A stretch of 64,000 bases of DNA. Origin: Parasitella parasitica NRRL 2501 (Eukaryota > Fungi > Mucoromycota). The stretch lies in NCBI GenBank assembly GCA_025201805.1, contig MU619272.1, positions 172,292-236,291 on the forward strand. The letters run 5' to 3'. Every line of letters begins with the position of its first letter. Position 1 is the first letter of the stretch. The notes under the pieces were generated by a model that had not been told where the DNA came from, made no database searches, and saw only the letters and a program-made list of their open reading frames with translations. The position numbers were made by a program, and so were the translations under genes. This document shows positions 12,841-26,158 of this stretch, in pieces.

Positions 12841-14659
12841 CTTCTTCGACATGTCATGTTTTCTTTATGCGGGAATTAAGGGACTTTGCCTAAACTCAAC
12901 CCCAGCAATGTGTGTGTTTATTGCATGCATACTATAAACTTCTTGCTTCTCTATTGCACACACACACAATTTCTCTCTGCAAGTAGCAATACATGCCATG
13001 TGTGTATTTAGAAGATCATATATCGAGTGATTGAATTGTCCTAATTTAGTGCACCGTTAATTTTTAACCGCCAAGATGCCGATTTTTGTAATAGATTGAC
13101 AGACCCATAGACCGTTACATTGAACCGGTTTTTTTTACAAAATAACTCATATCATAAGCTATCATATTTTGTCAATTCGTTCTGTTTATTAGATAAAAAA
13201 CCAACTCGGCAAAATCAATCTAACTATTTATCGAGAGAAATGACATAAAATGGTATAAATGTATTAATAAAACGAAGATGGTAATAAATACCGCTTTCGA
13301 TCTTGGGTTGGTACAAGAAAATGGACCAAACATCTTCTTTATTTTTGAAAAGTTGTATTTACTAGATTTGAAATCAATTTTGACATGATGGAAACCAAGT
13401 TTTTAAATTTTGGATGTTTATGTATAATGATCTCCACCAGACGATTATGCGGCTTCCCATTTGTCCCAGCACTGTAAAATTGCATGTTAGGTGCAGCTGT
13501 GGCAACGATTACTTCTTGGCTTGTACTGATAGGTGTGGGCTAGTCTCTTTTTTTTAACACCTTTGGGCAATCCACAAAATAAACATGCATTAGGATAATA
13601 TTGCTCAGGATGGATAGTCATGTACCCTCCCGCTCCAAATATATAGTGTGCCGCTGGTATGATAGAATTGCCGCAACTGATGCTACTGATTTGATGATTA
13701 TTAGATCCGCTTCTATAAAAGCTCGCAGAATCCATACAGCAATGTATATTTAGATATAAGATGACAGACAAGAAAAAAAATAACCGAGGATGAGTTTGTT
13801 GGTGTCTTAGACTATCGACAATCAACTGTGGCTCTTGAAGCAATGCTGCATGAAAGCATGTGCCGTCCTGCAGCCATATTTACATCTCTAAACATATATG
13901 TATGCTTTGGACATGGGATTCATCAAGTAACTGAACAATCTGTTATGTTTTCTGATAAAAGTGCTTAACAATATATTGCCGAGATATTACTTCAACTTGT
14001 GGATGCTTAAAACAGTATCGGCTCTAACTCTATAAAGCAAAAATGTTTCGTTGATTTGTCAATGTTTGTCAATGTCTGTCGCCTATCAAGTTGTAGTACA
14101 GTACATCAATTAACACACTATTTAACTAATGTAGTATAACAATACAGCTGCCTAAACACTATATTGATAGCTTGATGCCATTCTCAAACCATATAAGTTT
14201 CGTGTGATTCAAACTTTTATTCATTCTGTACAATCATTCATCCTATATTTTGAGCTATTTTGGATTTATAATTGACATTTTCTAAATGACAATCTTTCTT
14301 CAAACTTGCATAAATGATGTATTCCTGCTTAAATTAGTTTTTAATCGATTTATGTCTTGATATTCTTGAAGCTAAATTTAGAATTTGAATAACTGCTTTG
14401 TTAACAATCTAAATGTTCAAATATTATATAAAGCTATTCTTGTAAGAAGTTAGAAAAATGTGAATCTTTTTGACCTTTATTATATAGAACGCGTATATTA
14501 TATAACAGCTCCAGCTTTACGATTCCCAGATGTGATTTATTAAAGAAAATATCTAATTATACAAACAACGAACAGTATTATACAATTGATGTAAGAATGC
14601 AGGTTTCGTCCAGAATGATAGAAATAACCTAACAAGCAATAGTCAAAACTTGTTAAAAT

Positions 14660-15040
14660 TTGGATACGCTGTGGAATGGTGCAAACGAGTAGAGTTGTTT
14701 GACTAAAGGTGGAGCCTCTGTTAATTATTTTGCAGTGATGTTATTAGATATTCAAAATCATGGTGTAGTGAGGTACAGTTATTATAGTAGTATTAGGATG
14801 TATACTTGCCTTGGACCCCAAATCCGTACCTAAAAATGACCTTGAAGGTTGACCCAAAGTTAAAAACTGAGAATCGAATATGAGGTTTGGGGTTCAAACA
14901 TGGCAAAATCTGAAAAATGGTCAGAGGTACACAAGGGTCAGATATGTTGTAGAATGGTGCAAAAGGAAAAGATTTCAGCTAAAGGTTGTAGATCTATCGC
15001 TTAGTAGTTTGCAAAGATATTAGAGATTGCAAATTAAAGC
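14660..15040. repeat. Two degenerate ~95-bp direct repeats (14663 and 14941), probably subterminal repeats of a non-autonomous DNA transposon
   Basis: gatacgctgtggaatggtgcaaa...ctaaaggt...tttgca...tattaga versus gatatgttgtagaatggtgcaaa...ctaaaggt...tttgca...tattaga. Confidence 0.55.
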
Positions 15041-15239
15041 CTTTTAGCAAGGAAAAAGACAATGGTTTAAATTGTGTAGCATTTACTTCAACCAAAATAA
15101 ATCTGCATAAAAAACTGGTTTATGGCGGGTTACATTCAGCATATCAGCTATCGAAAATGGATAGTTACAAAGTACGTAATTATATCGATAGTAACAAAGG
15201 CAAGCATAGTTTTATAATTAATATAGTTTGGTGCATAAT

Positions 15240-17075
15240 TTAGTTTTTCCTCTTGTTTAACGCCGTCTTAATATAATGCTCCAGCAGTTCAATGCAAACA
15301 CTAGCATCCTCTAAAGAATCGTGGCCTTCAGTGCCAGTCTGAATAAATTTCTTTAAATGAATCGATGTTAGTCCTCGCAAACTGTTTCGGTATGGTAAGC
15401 CATTCTTATGAGGAAAAAGCTATGTAGACACAGTTTCATTAGAACGCATATTCTGATGAGAGAAAACAAAAATACTAACAGCTACTGTATCAATCACATT
15501 AGTATGGATGATTCTTAATGCATTCAGATCATTTTCAAGGCCATGGCCAACAATAACGGTATCCTGATCAATGTGTTTAAATAGCTCTTTCCTTAGGCCG
15601 TTCAAGTCAAACTTGGCCCCTTCTAGTGTTGTGATGCCACTGTAACGTGAATTCAAATCCACAATCATGTTAAATGGCAGGACTAACTCGTCCACAAGAA
15701 CCTTCATGTCCTCATCAACAGCAGTTAAACGAATTAGCTCCATTCCTGCGGTCGTGTAACCCATTTCGCAATCCAGTGCCACCAATCTTTGTCTCTTATC
15801 CGAGCTTACGCGCAAAGGCGCCTTTACATACGGAATCTTTTTGTGCAGAACAGCTGCATCTTCGTCTTTATACACATGTGGGCCTCTTGTACACCCCACA
15901 CTTCCCAAAGGATCTTCACAGCAAGCGTATACCTTTTCTTTTAAACCGTCCACTTTCATCATCCTCATTCTATTAGGATGGTAAACACAAGCGTCCATAT
16001 CGTCTTTATCCAAAACGGCCTTGATCAAATAATCTTGTCGACAGCGATCGCATTCGTGAATACTTCCCACCATGTCAACTGCTTTCCAAGTGTTTGTGTC
16101 GCTCTCCTTCAACACTTCAGGCAGTGGATATTTTAATTCCTTTAGCATATCCAGATCCAGAACACATTCCGTTATTCTACTTATCCAAGCCGACTTTAAA
16201 GCTTCCTCCTCTTTGGGATCAATCCATTCACCATCTAAACCAACGTCCGTAGCACAAGTGCTGAGAGGCCGTTTTTTGAGATGCATCAATACGTTTGTTG
16301 CAGCTTGCTTGTAGCCTGCCTGGTTGGATGTAGCTGCTAAAATTTTTTCTTCTTGCTGCTTTGCATGATCGGTTGCCACAGTAGGACATTCTGCTAGGAT
16401 AGGGCCGTAAATGCGAGCATACGCTTCATACAGTTTGGTTGCAATCAACTAGGGAATGCTGATGCTAAATTATTCGGATAAGCTAAACAGCTTATTTTCT
16501 GTCTTACCTGTCGCATCTTTAATGGGATAGTCGACTTGATGTTTGGGACAACCGTAGGTGGTCCTGTAGCTTTTGCTTTGAACTGCCAAATGAATCCAGG
16601 TCAGCTTGCCTTTCTGCATCACATTATGTCAAAACTCACTGTGGCTGTGTGTGCTGTCCTCTTTCTAGCTTCGACTGCACTTATGCCGCTTGCAGGCCTT
16701 GCTGGCAGAGGCGCTGGTTTTGGGGGTCTGTTCATTATAGATGAAGACGATTCATACTTTTTTGAAGCAGCTACTATCTTTGGAGCTGTCCTTGGTACTA
16801 CAATATTTGCTATTTACAACAGTACTTGGAGATATAAACATCGCATTACCTTCTGGAATAAGCGTTGGGATTAAAGGGGCTGGTCTTTTTACATTCAAAG
16901 AAGCCACAGGTTCAGTTTTTTTCGCTGGGCCTGCTAATTTTTGTCTTTTGAGTTGCTCTGGTATGCAAGCTTCATCCGCCCTTGGCCTTTTGTGAGAGTA
17001 AAAGCAAGGATTTCGAAGACATCTTGGGTACAAGGGACATGGAATTGATTTGAAAAGTCCTAATGATCGAAGCAT
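15240..17075 (-). CDS. REX3: DEDDh RNA exonuclease, Rex3/REXO1-like (spliced)
   Basis: N-terminal CPLYPRCLRNPCFYSH, CDRC...CVYHP..YACC...GCTRGPHV, VALDCEM, VGHGLENDL, IDT, GHDSLEDA. Confidence 0.85.
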
Positions 17076-17252
17076 ATTTGGCCAAGTGAAAAAAATAAAA
17101 AGAACACCCCTTCCTCAATCATGGTTTAATCTATGCTCATCGCCTATTGAAACCTTCTCCTGCTGTCTCCTGCTGCCTTTTCGCTTTCTCTCACTACCTC
17201 CCTCACATGCCCAAGATATCAGTAAACTCAAAATGAAATTCTCTAGATTTAT

Positions 17253-20200
17253 TTATTTGGTATTGTAGCTGTGAATTGAAGTAGCATTTACTAAGGCTCT
17301 GTTACGACTATCGACTTGAGGAGGAATTGCTGTGATTGAAGCGAGGCCGGAATCAGATGAGATATGCCTTCGCTTGTTTGATCTGTTGCTACGCCAATTC
17401 TCGACTTCAATCATATGGTATGTGATACCATTATCAAGCCCAAATGGGTTTGATTCAGGAACTGTCTCATCTGTAACATGTTCGGTTATTGCGACAATTC
17501 TAGCTACAATCCACTCTCTATTCTGCATTTGGGCCGCAATATTTTCAGTGCTCTTCAAAAAGTAATGGGGAGCATTAATGTTGAAAGCAGCCCACGGCTT
17601 GCCTGACGAATTACGGGTTGGGAGAAGCAAGGTCAAGTCCCCTACTTTAAAACTTTTTGGTATAACATAAACAAAATGTAAGTCATCTACATATATCTAT
17701 TTATCTATCATCAATATTCCATGATTGTCCTACTTTTTAAATGCAATTCGATCAGTCTGCTCTTTGTTCAATGCATCGTATTTCTCTGTTGTAAAAAAAA
17801 AATTAGACTACTGCAAGCAACGGATATTTGCGTGTATGCATACCTTTGATGCTTCGGTATTCTTTCTTGAACTGCTTGGCTTGGTTGTAAGTATCACGGA
17901 CATACTTTACAACACTAAATACAAATTTTTGGGTGTTAACAGCAGAAGATAATTGCAGTATTTCATTCCATATAGCAGCATCATCATCGCTTGGAGTAAC
18001 CGTTGTCGAAAGAGCAATCAGCTCATTCTTCTCCATTGGCATTTGCAGTTGAGTGACAATTTCAAACATAACATGTTTTCTGAAATCTTCCAGTTTGTCT
18101 GCCATCCTACTTGCAACAGATCTCCATTCGTTATGCGTATCAATGAGATTTGAATAGCCCTCAGTTACATCGGTTAATTCTTGAGTTGCTGCTTCCAGAT
18201 TGTCTTTATTGATAGCGAATTCCTTTTCAAACCCTTCTAAATTCTCTCTAAACAGATCCACATAACCATCCAGACTCATTGATTTTAACTCTTGGTCACT
18301 GGGCCTGAACCGCCTGAGGAGTTTTCTAACAGCGGTGTCTACGGCGCTTTGTTCCTCTCTTATGCTGTTGAGCTCTTCGTTCTTGGTATACCAATCGTCT
18401 TGGCATTGCTTCACCATGGTTCGAGTCTGCTCTTGCAATTCCTTGATATGTTCAGTAGCCCGATCCTTTTCCTCCATGTCAGCATGTAGCAGGCTTAGTT
18501 GCTCTTCGTATGATGCACGTTCTGTTTCTAATTTATCTTTTAGGGCGTCCATATTTTCACAAAGCTGTTCTAAGCGCCATTGCAATTCTTGTTTCTCTTG
18601 TTGTAGTTGGTTAATTTCATCTTTATGTTTTGATAAAACGGAATCAAGTTTTGATGCATGCTCAATTTCCAAATCCTTCTTTGCTTGTTTCTCTTTGCCA
18701 ATCAATGTGTTTAACTGTTGGATTTTCTTCTGGTGATCGATAAGTAGAGAATTGAGCTCCGAGGCATGCTCGATTTCGAGATTCTTTTTCATACGATTTT
18801 CTTCTTCTAGTCGATACTGCAAATCAGATAGCTATGAAGATGCAAAGAGTAGCTGTAAGCGTCCAGTATGAATCTATTATATCGCCATTAATTTACCTTG
18901 GTATTAAAATCTTCTTCTGCACTGGCAATTCTAAAGTCTGCAGATTTGTCCTTGTTTTTAATTTCGTTCAAGAACTACGCAAAGAAATGTCAATCACGCA
19001 CATCGAAAAAGCAGCCGTTTCGACTTACACTTCGTTTGGCAGATTCGAGATCTTCTTTTTCAGTTTCCAGCTAAAGAAAAAAAAAGGGGGGGGGGGCTTT
19101 GTTGGCACGTAAAGCACTTGATGTATCTTGATAACTTACAATTTTTATAACGTCTTTTAGTTGACTGATTTCTTCTGTTTGGTCCATATTTTCTTGTTCT
19201 AGTCGATCAATTTCTTCCCTGACAGCACTAAGCTCTGATTTCACAGCGGTCAATTCCTCTTGACATTGATTCTTTTCAGACTGCATTGATTCTTTCTCTC
19301 GTCGGAGCTCTTCATTATCTCGTTTAAGCTTTTCATTTTGTTCCAATATTGTTTTATCATTGCCGATCAGATGGTATATGGATGAGGTGGGTGAAGTCAA
19401 CTTTGAAGATCTGACATCAATAGCATCTATTTCAGGCTTTAAAGACATAGAGCCTTGAATCTCCTCGAGTTGCCCAATATCCTTCACGTTAAACAAATGG
19501 TCTTTTATCGACATTATCCATTGCAATCGCATACCGTCCAATTCTTTCTTCATCTCATTGAGAACGTTGAAGAATGATTTATCCTTGTCAAACTTCTTTA
19601 GTGATCCGCTTGAATCGCTCCGACTACTATTACTTTCAGGACTATTGAATGCTCGAGGACTATCGGCAATTCCAGGTGTATCAACGTAAAGATGTCGAAT
19701 GACAGAAATAAATTCGGTTATGTCGTTGATATCCATGTTTATGTGCGTATTCTTATCATTGCCGTTGACTGAAATTTCGGATTGGGGTGAAGCATTATCG
19801 ATCTCACGCACTATAAGCACATATAGTAAGTGAACAATAGTCTCTCTCCCCCCCCCAAGGATTTACTCACTGGAAAGTCTAAATGGCATATCCTTGACGA
19901 CCTTTTGTCTAAAATATTCTCTGCGGCTTTCTTCAGTAGATCGATACTGGCCGAGAATATCGCCTATCAAACTTGAATTGGTTACAAGAAGCTATTACGC
20001 AACAATGTCAATAATGAAGTTTAATTCTATACAATAATATTAAAGCGCTTACTGTAGTATATTCCTTTCTACGCAAAAGTTCAATCATAATGGCACCCTA
20101 ATTTCAAATCAATACATGGCAAACCACATCAAGTTGTGGCTACTTACATATGAAAATACAATCTGAGGAAGTATTTGTAGATCATTGCCTTTGTATTTTT

Positions 20201-21835
20201 TGCGAAAGTCTTCCATAAAGCTAGCATTGTTGTCTATTTGGATATTCACTTCATGAAGGATCATTTGGAAGTTCGAAACGGCTTTCATGCAACTGATAAG
20301 CACAGAAATTGCGTTTTTCTTTGAGTTTAGTAACTGGTCTGTTCTTTTTCGTACAGCTAGTTCGTATTCAGCCATCTTTGGCAATGATTCCTCAATATTT
20401 ATCTGTGCGAAATGTAAAAACGATTCAAAGACCTTGGACGACGATGCATTCTTTGAGCTTTTTCTAGTCTGTTGTGTACTTGCTGCAATAGACGTCTCAG
20501 CTACAGGAGAGGTGTCGTAGTTAGAGAAGGCAGTTGATTCATCGAAACGAGATTCGTCTAACGATAAAGAATTGAATTGCCCAGATAGAGGAGTGCTACT
20601 CACGAGAGAGAGTTTCTCGTAAGCACGCTGTAAATCCCGCTTCATTTTGCTTTGTTTTTGTTGCAGTGCTTTTCTGTAGCTGGTAATTTCCTGAAAAATA
20701 TCACGCAGAGTGTACATGTTGATGCTTTTCTGAACTCTATCTTGTAAAAATCTGGTATCAGTATCGATTTCTTGGAGAAAAGTCTTTAATTCGAGAAAAT
20801 CTTTTGACAAACGATCGCATAATTTCACAGTATCTGATTTGATTTCGAAAATAGCCTGTTGATCTACAAAATCAATGAGGTACTGTTTGGATTGATCTTC
20901 AGGAATCAAGACGGATTTTACTGAATCGTGTATTTGTAGTTTGTTCAAGAACAGCAGGTCTCGCTCCACATTGGCAAGGATTGGCTTTTGTTTTGATAGC
21001 TCTTGTTCCACTCTGCGAAGATATCTAGAAAGTTTTGCTTTTGTAGGGTTGGTATGTGTTTCCAGGTTTTTCATTGCTACATTTAATGCATTTCGCTGAA
21101 TTTCATGTTCATTGACCAATCTGCCAGACAACTCATAATGCGTAGTTACTGCGTCTATTAATGACTGATGCATGATTGAGTAACAGTTTATCTATGAGAC
21201 CATGTGTTTAGTTTTACCCTGCTGTAGTTATCAATTGCGTTGAATAATTTCAAGGTCTCTTTGCAGGCTTCGTCTTTCGAGAGTGTTTTCAACGATCTTT
21301 TAAACTGTTTTGTCAACGAGGTTCCTACATGACATTAACATTTAGTCTTGTGCAACCTGACTATGCCACAAGTGTGCCTTTTCTTACCGTCAATTGGGAG
21401 TATTGTACGTTCTAACACAGGTATCTCTTCCTCTAGCAACAGCTGCATATTCTCGTTTTCTTCAGAAAGATAGCATCTGGTATCATAGCATAAAACGATA
21501 GACTCGTCCTATGGAGACAAATAATAAAAAGCTGAGTATATAGCATCCTGCCATTGTTGACAAAAAAAACATACACTTCCTTGGGATTGAAGAACCCGAA
21601 GTAGATTTGTATCTTTTACTTGGACGCCTAGACTCGTCATCAGCACTTGTTTATCGATAGGCACTCCGCAAGCGTTCTCTATTGCTTCTTTCAAATCGGA
21701 TAATCTGTGTGGTGAGGAAGGCTAATCGGTTAATTCTTTGCAACTGCTTTTTTGACATGTTTGTTTTTACGTTTTGATATTGCTGGTATTGAAGCACTTT
21801 ATCTGTATCCCTGTTTCCGACCTATACACTTTCAT
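17253..21835 (-). CDS. ATG11: Autophagy scaffold Atg11 (multi-exon)
   Basis: N-terminal ubiquitin-like region, HEIQRNALNVAMKNL Atg17-like region, long coiled coil, C-terminal FKVGDLTLLLPTRNSSGKPWAAFNINAPHYFL...WIVARIVAITEH...NPFGL (Atg11 claw). Confidence 0.9.
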
Positions 21836-22219
21836 CTTGGTTTGGTTATACTGAAGAAAAAGGGAAAAAAAGAAAAGAGGAAACTGGAAGAAATGAAAAT
21901 CAAGTGTTTTTTATTTCTTTTTTTGGCATAAGCTCTATCTCATTCGCAAATGCGTACAGTATCACACGACACTTGCTTGTTAAGGAAATAAAGCGTTGAG
22001 ATCCTTACATATTATCCCAAAGCTAACATATCAAAATACACATATAATAATTAATCAAATCGTAGAAGAAAACTTCGGCAAAGCACGTTCTTCTGATACA
22101 AATAACTCCCACTGTTGCCTTGCCATTGAGAGGTTCCTTTTTATAATTATAATGCAAATGAAAAATTCAGTCTTTTACGCATCCCGTAATTTACTTTCGT
22201 CCAAAAATACTTTCTGATC

Positions 22220-23778
22220 AAAAGACCAAGTGGTTCAAACCTTGGCATAAGAGAGTGACTAAAGACCAAAAAAATTATCCTTTGAATGGAACGAGAGCCA
22301 CCGTTGGATTATGTTTCAAGAAAGCCTGTTGAAAACAGGTCCAGAAGCTCGTTTTTCTGTTCCCATCGAGTACCTGGACTCTGCCCAAAACTCAGAGTGG
22401 ATTTGGGGCGCTAAATGTTCATCTTCAATACTGCATTATACTTTAGTTGGATTCAACCTCTTCTATTAAGCCCTTCTCAATTGGCGAGTATAGATCACTT
22501 GTATAGCATGTTAATTCATTATATCGAGAACATCAATCACACTGCCCATCATCATATTCCCTTGCTTCTGTCTAACCCCCCAGAGGAAGTTTCATTCGGA
22601 AAGGACGGATCGCAACCATAGATATTATATTTCACTGTATTGACTCCATTCCAAGAACTATGACACTGTCCGGCTCAATCATCACTCTGCTCTGTAATTA
22701 TTGCTACAAGTTGTCTTCTTTCCACGTCGTCTCAGTCCATTCCGGATCCCTTAAAAGATCAGGGACATGACAGTTTCGGATGTGTTTCTATGGTACACGA
22801 TGCTGTAGACAGTTTCTGCATTGAAAAGATACCCAGGATACTTTGCTTCGTCATTGGAAACAGGCTCCTGCCACACTCTTTCATGCATTCAGTTTGGGGA
22901 GCCACAATTGCAACCCTTTTTCCAACCGTTGTGCTGTCCGAGCGAGTCCCCTAACACGTCGTCTGCAGTGTTCTCAATGATTGACATTAATCCTTTTGCG
23001 CTCCATTTCGCATTTCCGGATGAGGCCAACATATTCTCCGAGATCTCCACCAAGTCTTTTTGACAGCTTTGCTCTATTCTTTTTGTGCCAACGCATTTGA
23101 TTTCACTCTGCTCTGACTCATGGAGATTGTTTTGGTCATTAGCTGTGACGATGATACAGAGAAATGTCGTATACCGATTAAACACCAACAGCATCCCGCA
23201 TAAATCCCTCCTCCATAGAATTTTTCCAGATCAGCAACCTTCCCCACTATGTGCTGTTTGCTCACTCACAGTTAATTCCTCTACCCATTTTCTCTTCTGT
23301 TGTCCAGTCAAAGTCAAATTTTGGCAGACTGTTGTATTCGAATTTCTGTGGTCCACGGCCTCCATCAATGCTATTATTGCGCCTATACTCTCTCTCTCTC
23401 TATTTCTATACTATTTGCTATAGCCAGCACAGCGCTGTCATTGGGCATATCTTGGTTTTCATAGCCTTGGCTAACATTTGGAGAAATCATTTCCGCTTCA
23501 TCTTTGGTGACATTCCTTTCGCTGCAGCCGTGGTACTGGCCAGCATCCAATTCAATTTATTCCAACGCATTGATGAAGATACAGTCCATTCCACACTGCA
23601 GCATACGAGTAATGTCATCGTAATATCATTCCAATGAAGAAACCCCTTTTCTAATTATTCATTTATTTGATATTATATTATTCACTTTGTTTTAATATCA
23701 TTTAGCCTTCCATGTCTGGCGTCCGCCTCTTGAGCCAGTCTTACCACTAGGCTTTACACAGAGGAATCAATAAAAAAA
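22220..23778 (+). mobile_element. 5'-truncated, degenerate non-LTR (LINE) retrotransposon 3' portion with zf-RVT
   Basis: FWSL...QRNVVYRL...IPHKSLLHRIFP...CAVC...STHFLFCCPVKVKFW (CCHC zf-RVT), NIWRNHFRFIF; many stops and frameshifts; A-rich end gaatcaataaaaaaa at ~23765. Confidence 0.8.
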
Positions 23779-23957
23779 TTTCGCGCTTGTCAATTACCAA
23801 AATTCGCTTCAGGCTGCATACAAATTTGCTATGCATAATCTTGATGATACTATTTGCAAGTCTTACTATATTCATGTATTATTGTCGACATTTAGCCTCG
23901 TATTCATTCTATAATAAAGAATTGTATACGGTATAGTTGTTTTCACAACACTCAGTA

Positions 23958-24330
23958 CAGTAACTTACACATGGTGATCGTAGTCCATTAATGAGATAGG
24001 CCTAACTTTTTTTACTTTCGTTGAATAAGCAAAATGTGCAATAATTTCTTTTACAAAGATGGTCAGGGTAGCATTGTGGGTGAGCAGGGAAATGAAACTA
24101 TGAATTTGGAGAATTTTTTTAGGTGGTCGATCCTTTCAATCTTAGAACTTCAAGGACAATAGTCCAGTGCCGATCTTACTAAAATTGCTTTCCTGCTGAA
24201 CCCACAGAAAAGCTTGATGTTGAAATGGAGGAAGCAGCTGAAGAATTATCGAATGAAGTGGCAGGTGGTAGATGGAAAATATAATGTCTATTCCGACAAG
24301 CATAAGGCTGTTTTCAATTTATTGAAACGC
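23958..24330 (+). mobile_element. 5' fragment of a Mucorales Tc1/mariner-type element
   Basis: TA|CAGTAAC possible left end at 23958; FFYKDGQGSIVGEQGNETM...VDPFNL...GKYNVYSDKHKAVF resembles, from recall, the N-terminus of Mucorales Tc1-like transposases; frameshifted. Confidence 0.5.
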
Positions 24331-26088
24331 CAGCTTCTCAAACACTCACATATCTTTGTTGAGACTAGCAATTCTCTGGATAACTAATCCATTGCATTAT
24401 TTGCATCAGAAAGGAACACAATGATTGATATTACGGATGACATATATCCAGGAGTCATAGATATCGTGTGTTTTTTTTGGAAAAATGTGCAATCATAATG
24501 GCTTCCATGTGATGATTCATTCTATTAAAAGATGTCAAAAGGTCTGGTTTGGATCTGCTTTAGTTTATCCAAGCAACTCGGACATTCAAACGGTTTCGTT
24601 TGTTAGTTTGCTCAGTGATCAGTCAACAGCATGACAAGCTACGAAGTAGCATTACTTATATAGTACAAAAAGAGTCATTCATTCTTTTGTACTCTAGCTT
24701 GACATCCAGTTGCTTAAGTTTTATTGCGTATAATGAATCAACAACATGCCTTATTAAATTAAATAAGCTCGCCGTTTCGACGTCCTTTTCAAGCTAGTTA
24801 AAGATATAAAAGTACTACCATTAGAAAGCCAAGAAGCACACCATCTAAATAAACTAAATTGTGATTGTTTTTCTTCTAAACTGTGTAAGCTATGGCTTCT
24901 CAAAGCTAATACTTTCTTCAAAATAACACCATTTTCATTGAGAGCGGAGATTAAACGCATCCAAAATCAGGAAGAAGAAATTCTTTCAGAAACTCCATTT
25001 GGACAATTCGAAACCAAAATTACTTCTTTAAGGCAAAATATCATCCTCTGATACTATGCACACTATTACTATCAGTCTATGATAATAGCTGTATTTTTGG
25101 GCGCTCTACACGCTGGTATCATTTCATGATCCCCGTATGCTTATAGAATAAATTTTGTCGAGAAAACCTCAAAAGCAGATTAAGAGGTAAAAGTCAATAT
25201 TTGGCTTAATCAGAGCGCATTTTTAGTCTTTCAGATCAAGGAATGGTCTTTTACGATCATTTTTCTCCAATATATGCCATAGTAAAAAGTTGCATTTTTG
25301 GGGTCAAAATCGAGAATTATGCACTTTCGATGATTTTGGATGTGTGGATACAAGGAAAAAACTGAAAAAATCCGTCATTTTGCATCGAAAAAAAAATTAT
25401 GCTCAAATTGCGCCAAAATCATATATTACATGGTCCTTTCTCAATGGATACTATTTCTGGCGTTTTTAGAGCATTTTGATTATCAAAACCAATCAAAAAA
25501 TGGCATACAAAGCTAAAGTTTTTACTTTTAAACTGTAAAAAATATTTATCTGGGGATGATATCAGGTCAATATAAATACTAGTACATGAAATAGCTCTAT
25601 AAAGCAAGTATTTTTAATGCAACAAGTATACCTTTCTTCATAGTAATATGATAAAACAGGTGTGGCTCATTGAGTTGGAAGTGGAGGGGAATAATTAATG
25701 AATACAATGTTTTGCTGTAATAACCCCTTGTTATTTGTGAATAATTCATAAGCTGCTAATTGCTTGCGACAAAGAAGCCCTTTTACCATTGTTGCTTATA
25801 ATAATGCTTAATGTCGGTTCAAAAGTTTTTTTTTTTGTAATTCTAATACTTGACATGTAAAATAGAAAGTAAAATAAAGGGTAATTTTATTAACAAAAGT
25901 TAAGCTTCATAATCAGCTTCTGGTAGGTTCCAGGTTCCAGGCACTGTACTGTAGAATATCAAATTCTGAATTGGGAATAACTCACCTAATCATCATTTAA
26001 TGATAGGCATTCCTTCAAAAATTGACAATGTCTGAACATCATCAATGTCTGAACATCGTCACGAGTGCACTTCAAAATTTGTAGATAC

Positions 26089-26110
26089 ACGCGCTTGAGG
26101 AACAACGCGA
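26089..26110 (+). promoter_or_regulatory. Two MCB-like ACGCG elements upstream of RFC3
   Basis: ACGCGC at 26089 and ACGCGA at 26105, 50-70 nt before the ATG of a replication gene. Confidence 0.5.
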
Positions 26111-26158
26111 TTATACAACCTCTTCTTCTCTTTAAATAATTTTTGTACACTGATTAAA

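Noticed and set aside
13487-13843. 118-aa ORF on the - strand
   Set aside because: Non-ATG start, no motifs, composition typical of intergenic DNA
25774-25790. GCCCTTTTACCA similar to U5 loop 1
   Set aside because: Imperfect match with no closing stem
26026-26060. Short tandem duplication CAATGTCTGAACATC x2 upstream of RFC3
   Set aside because: Simple local duplication; no function can be supported
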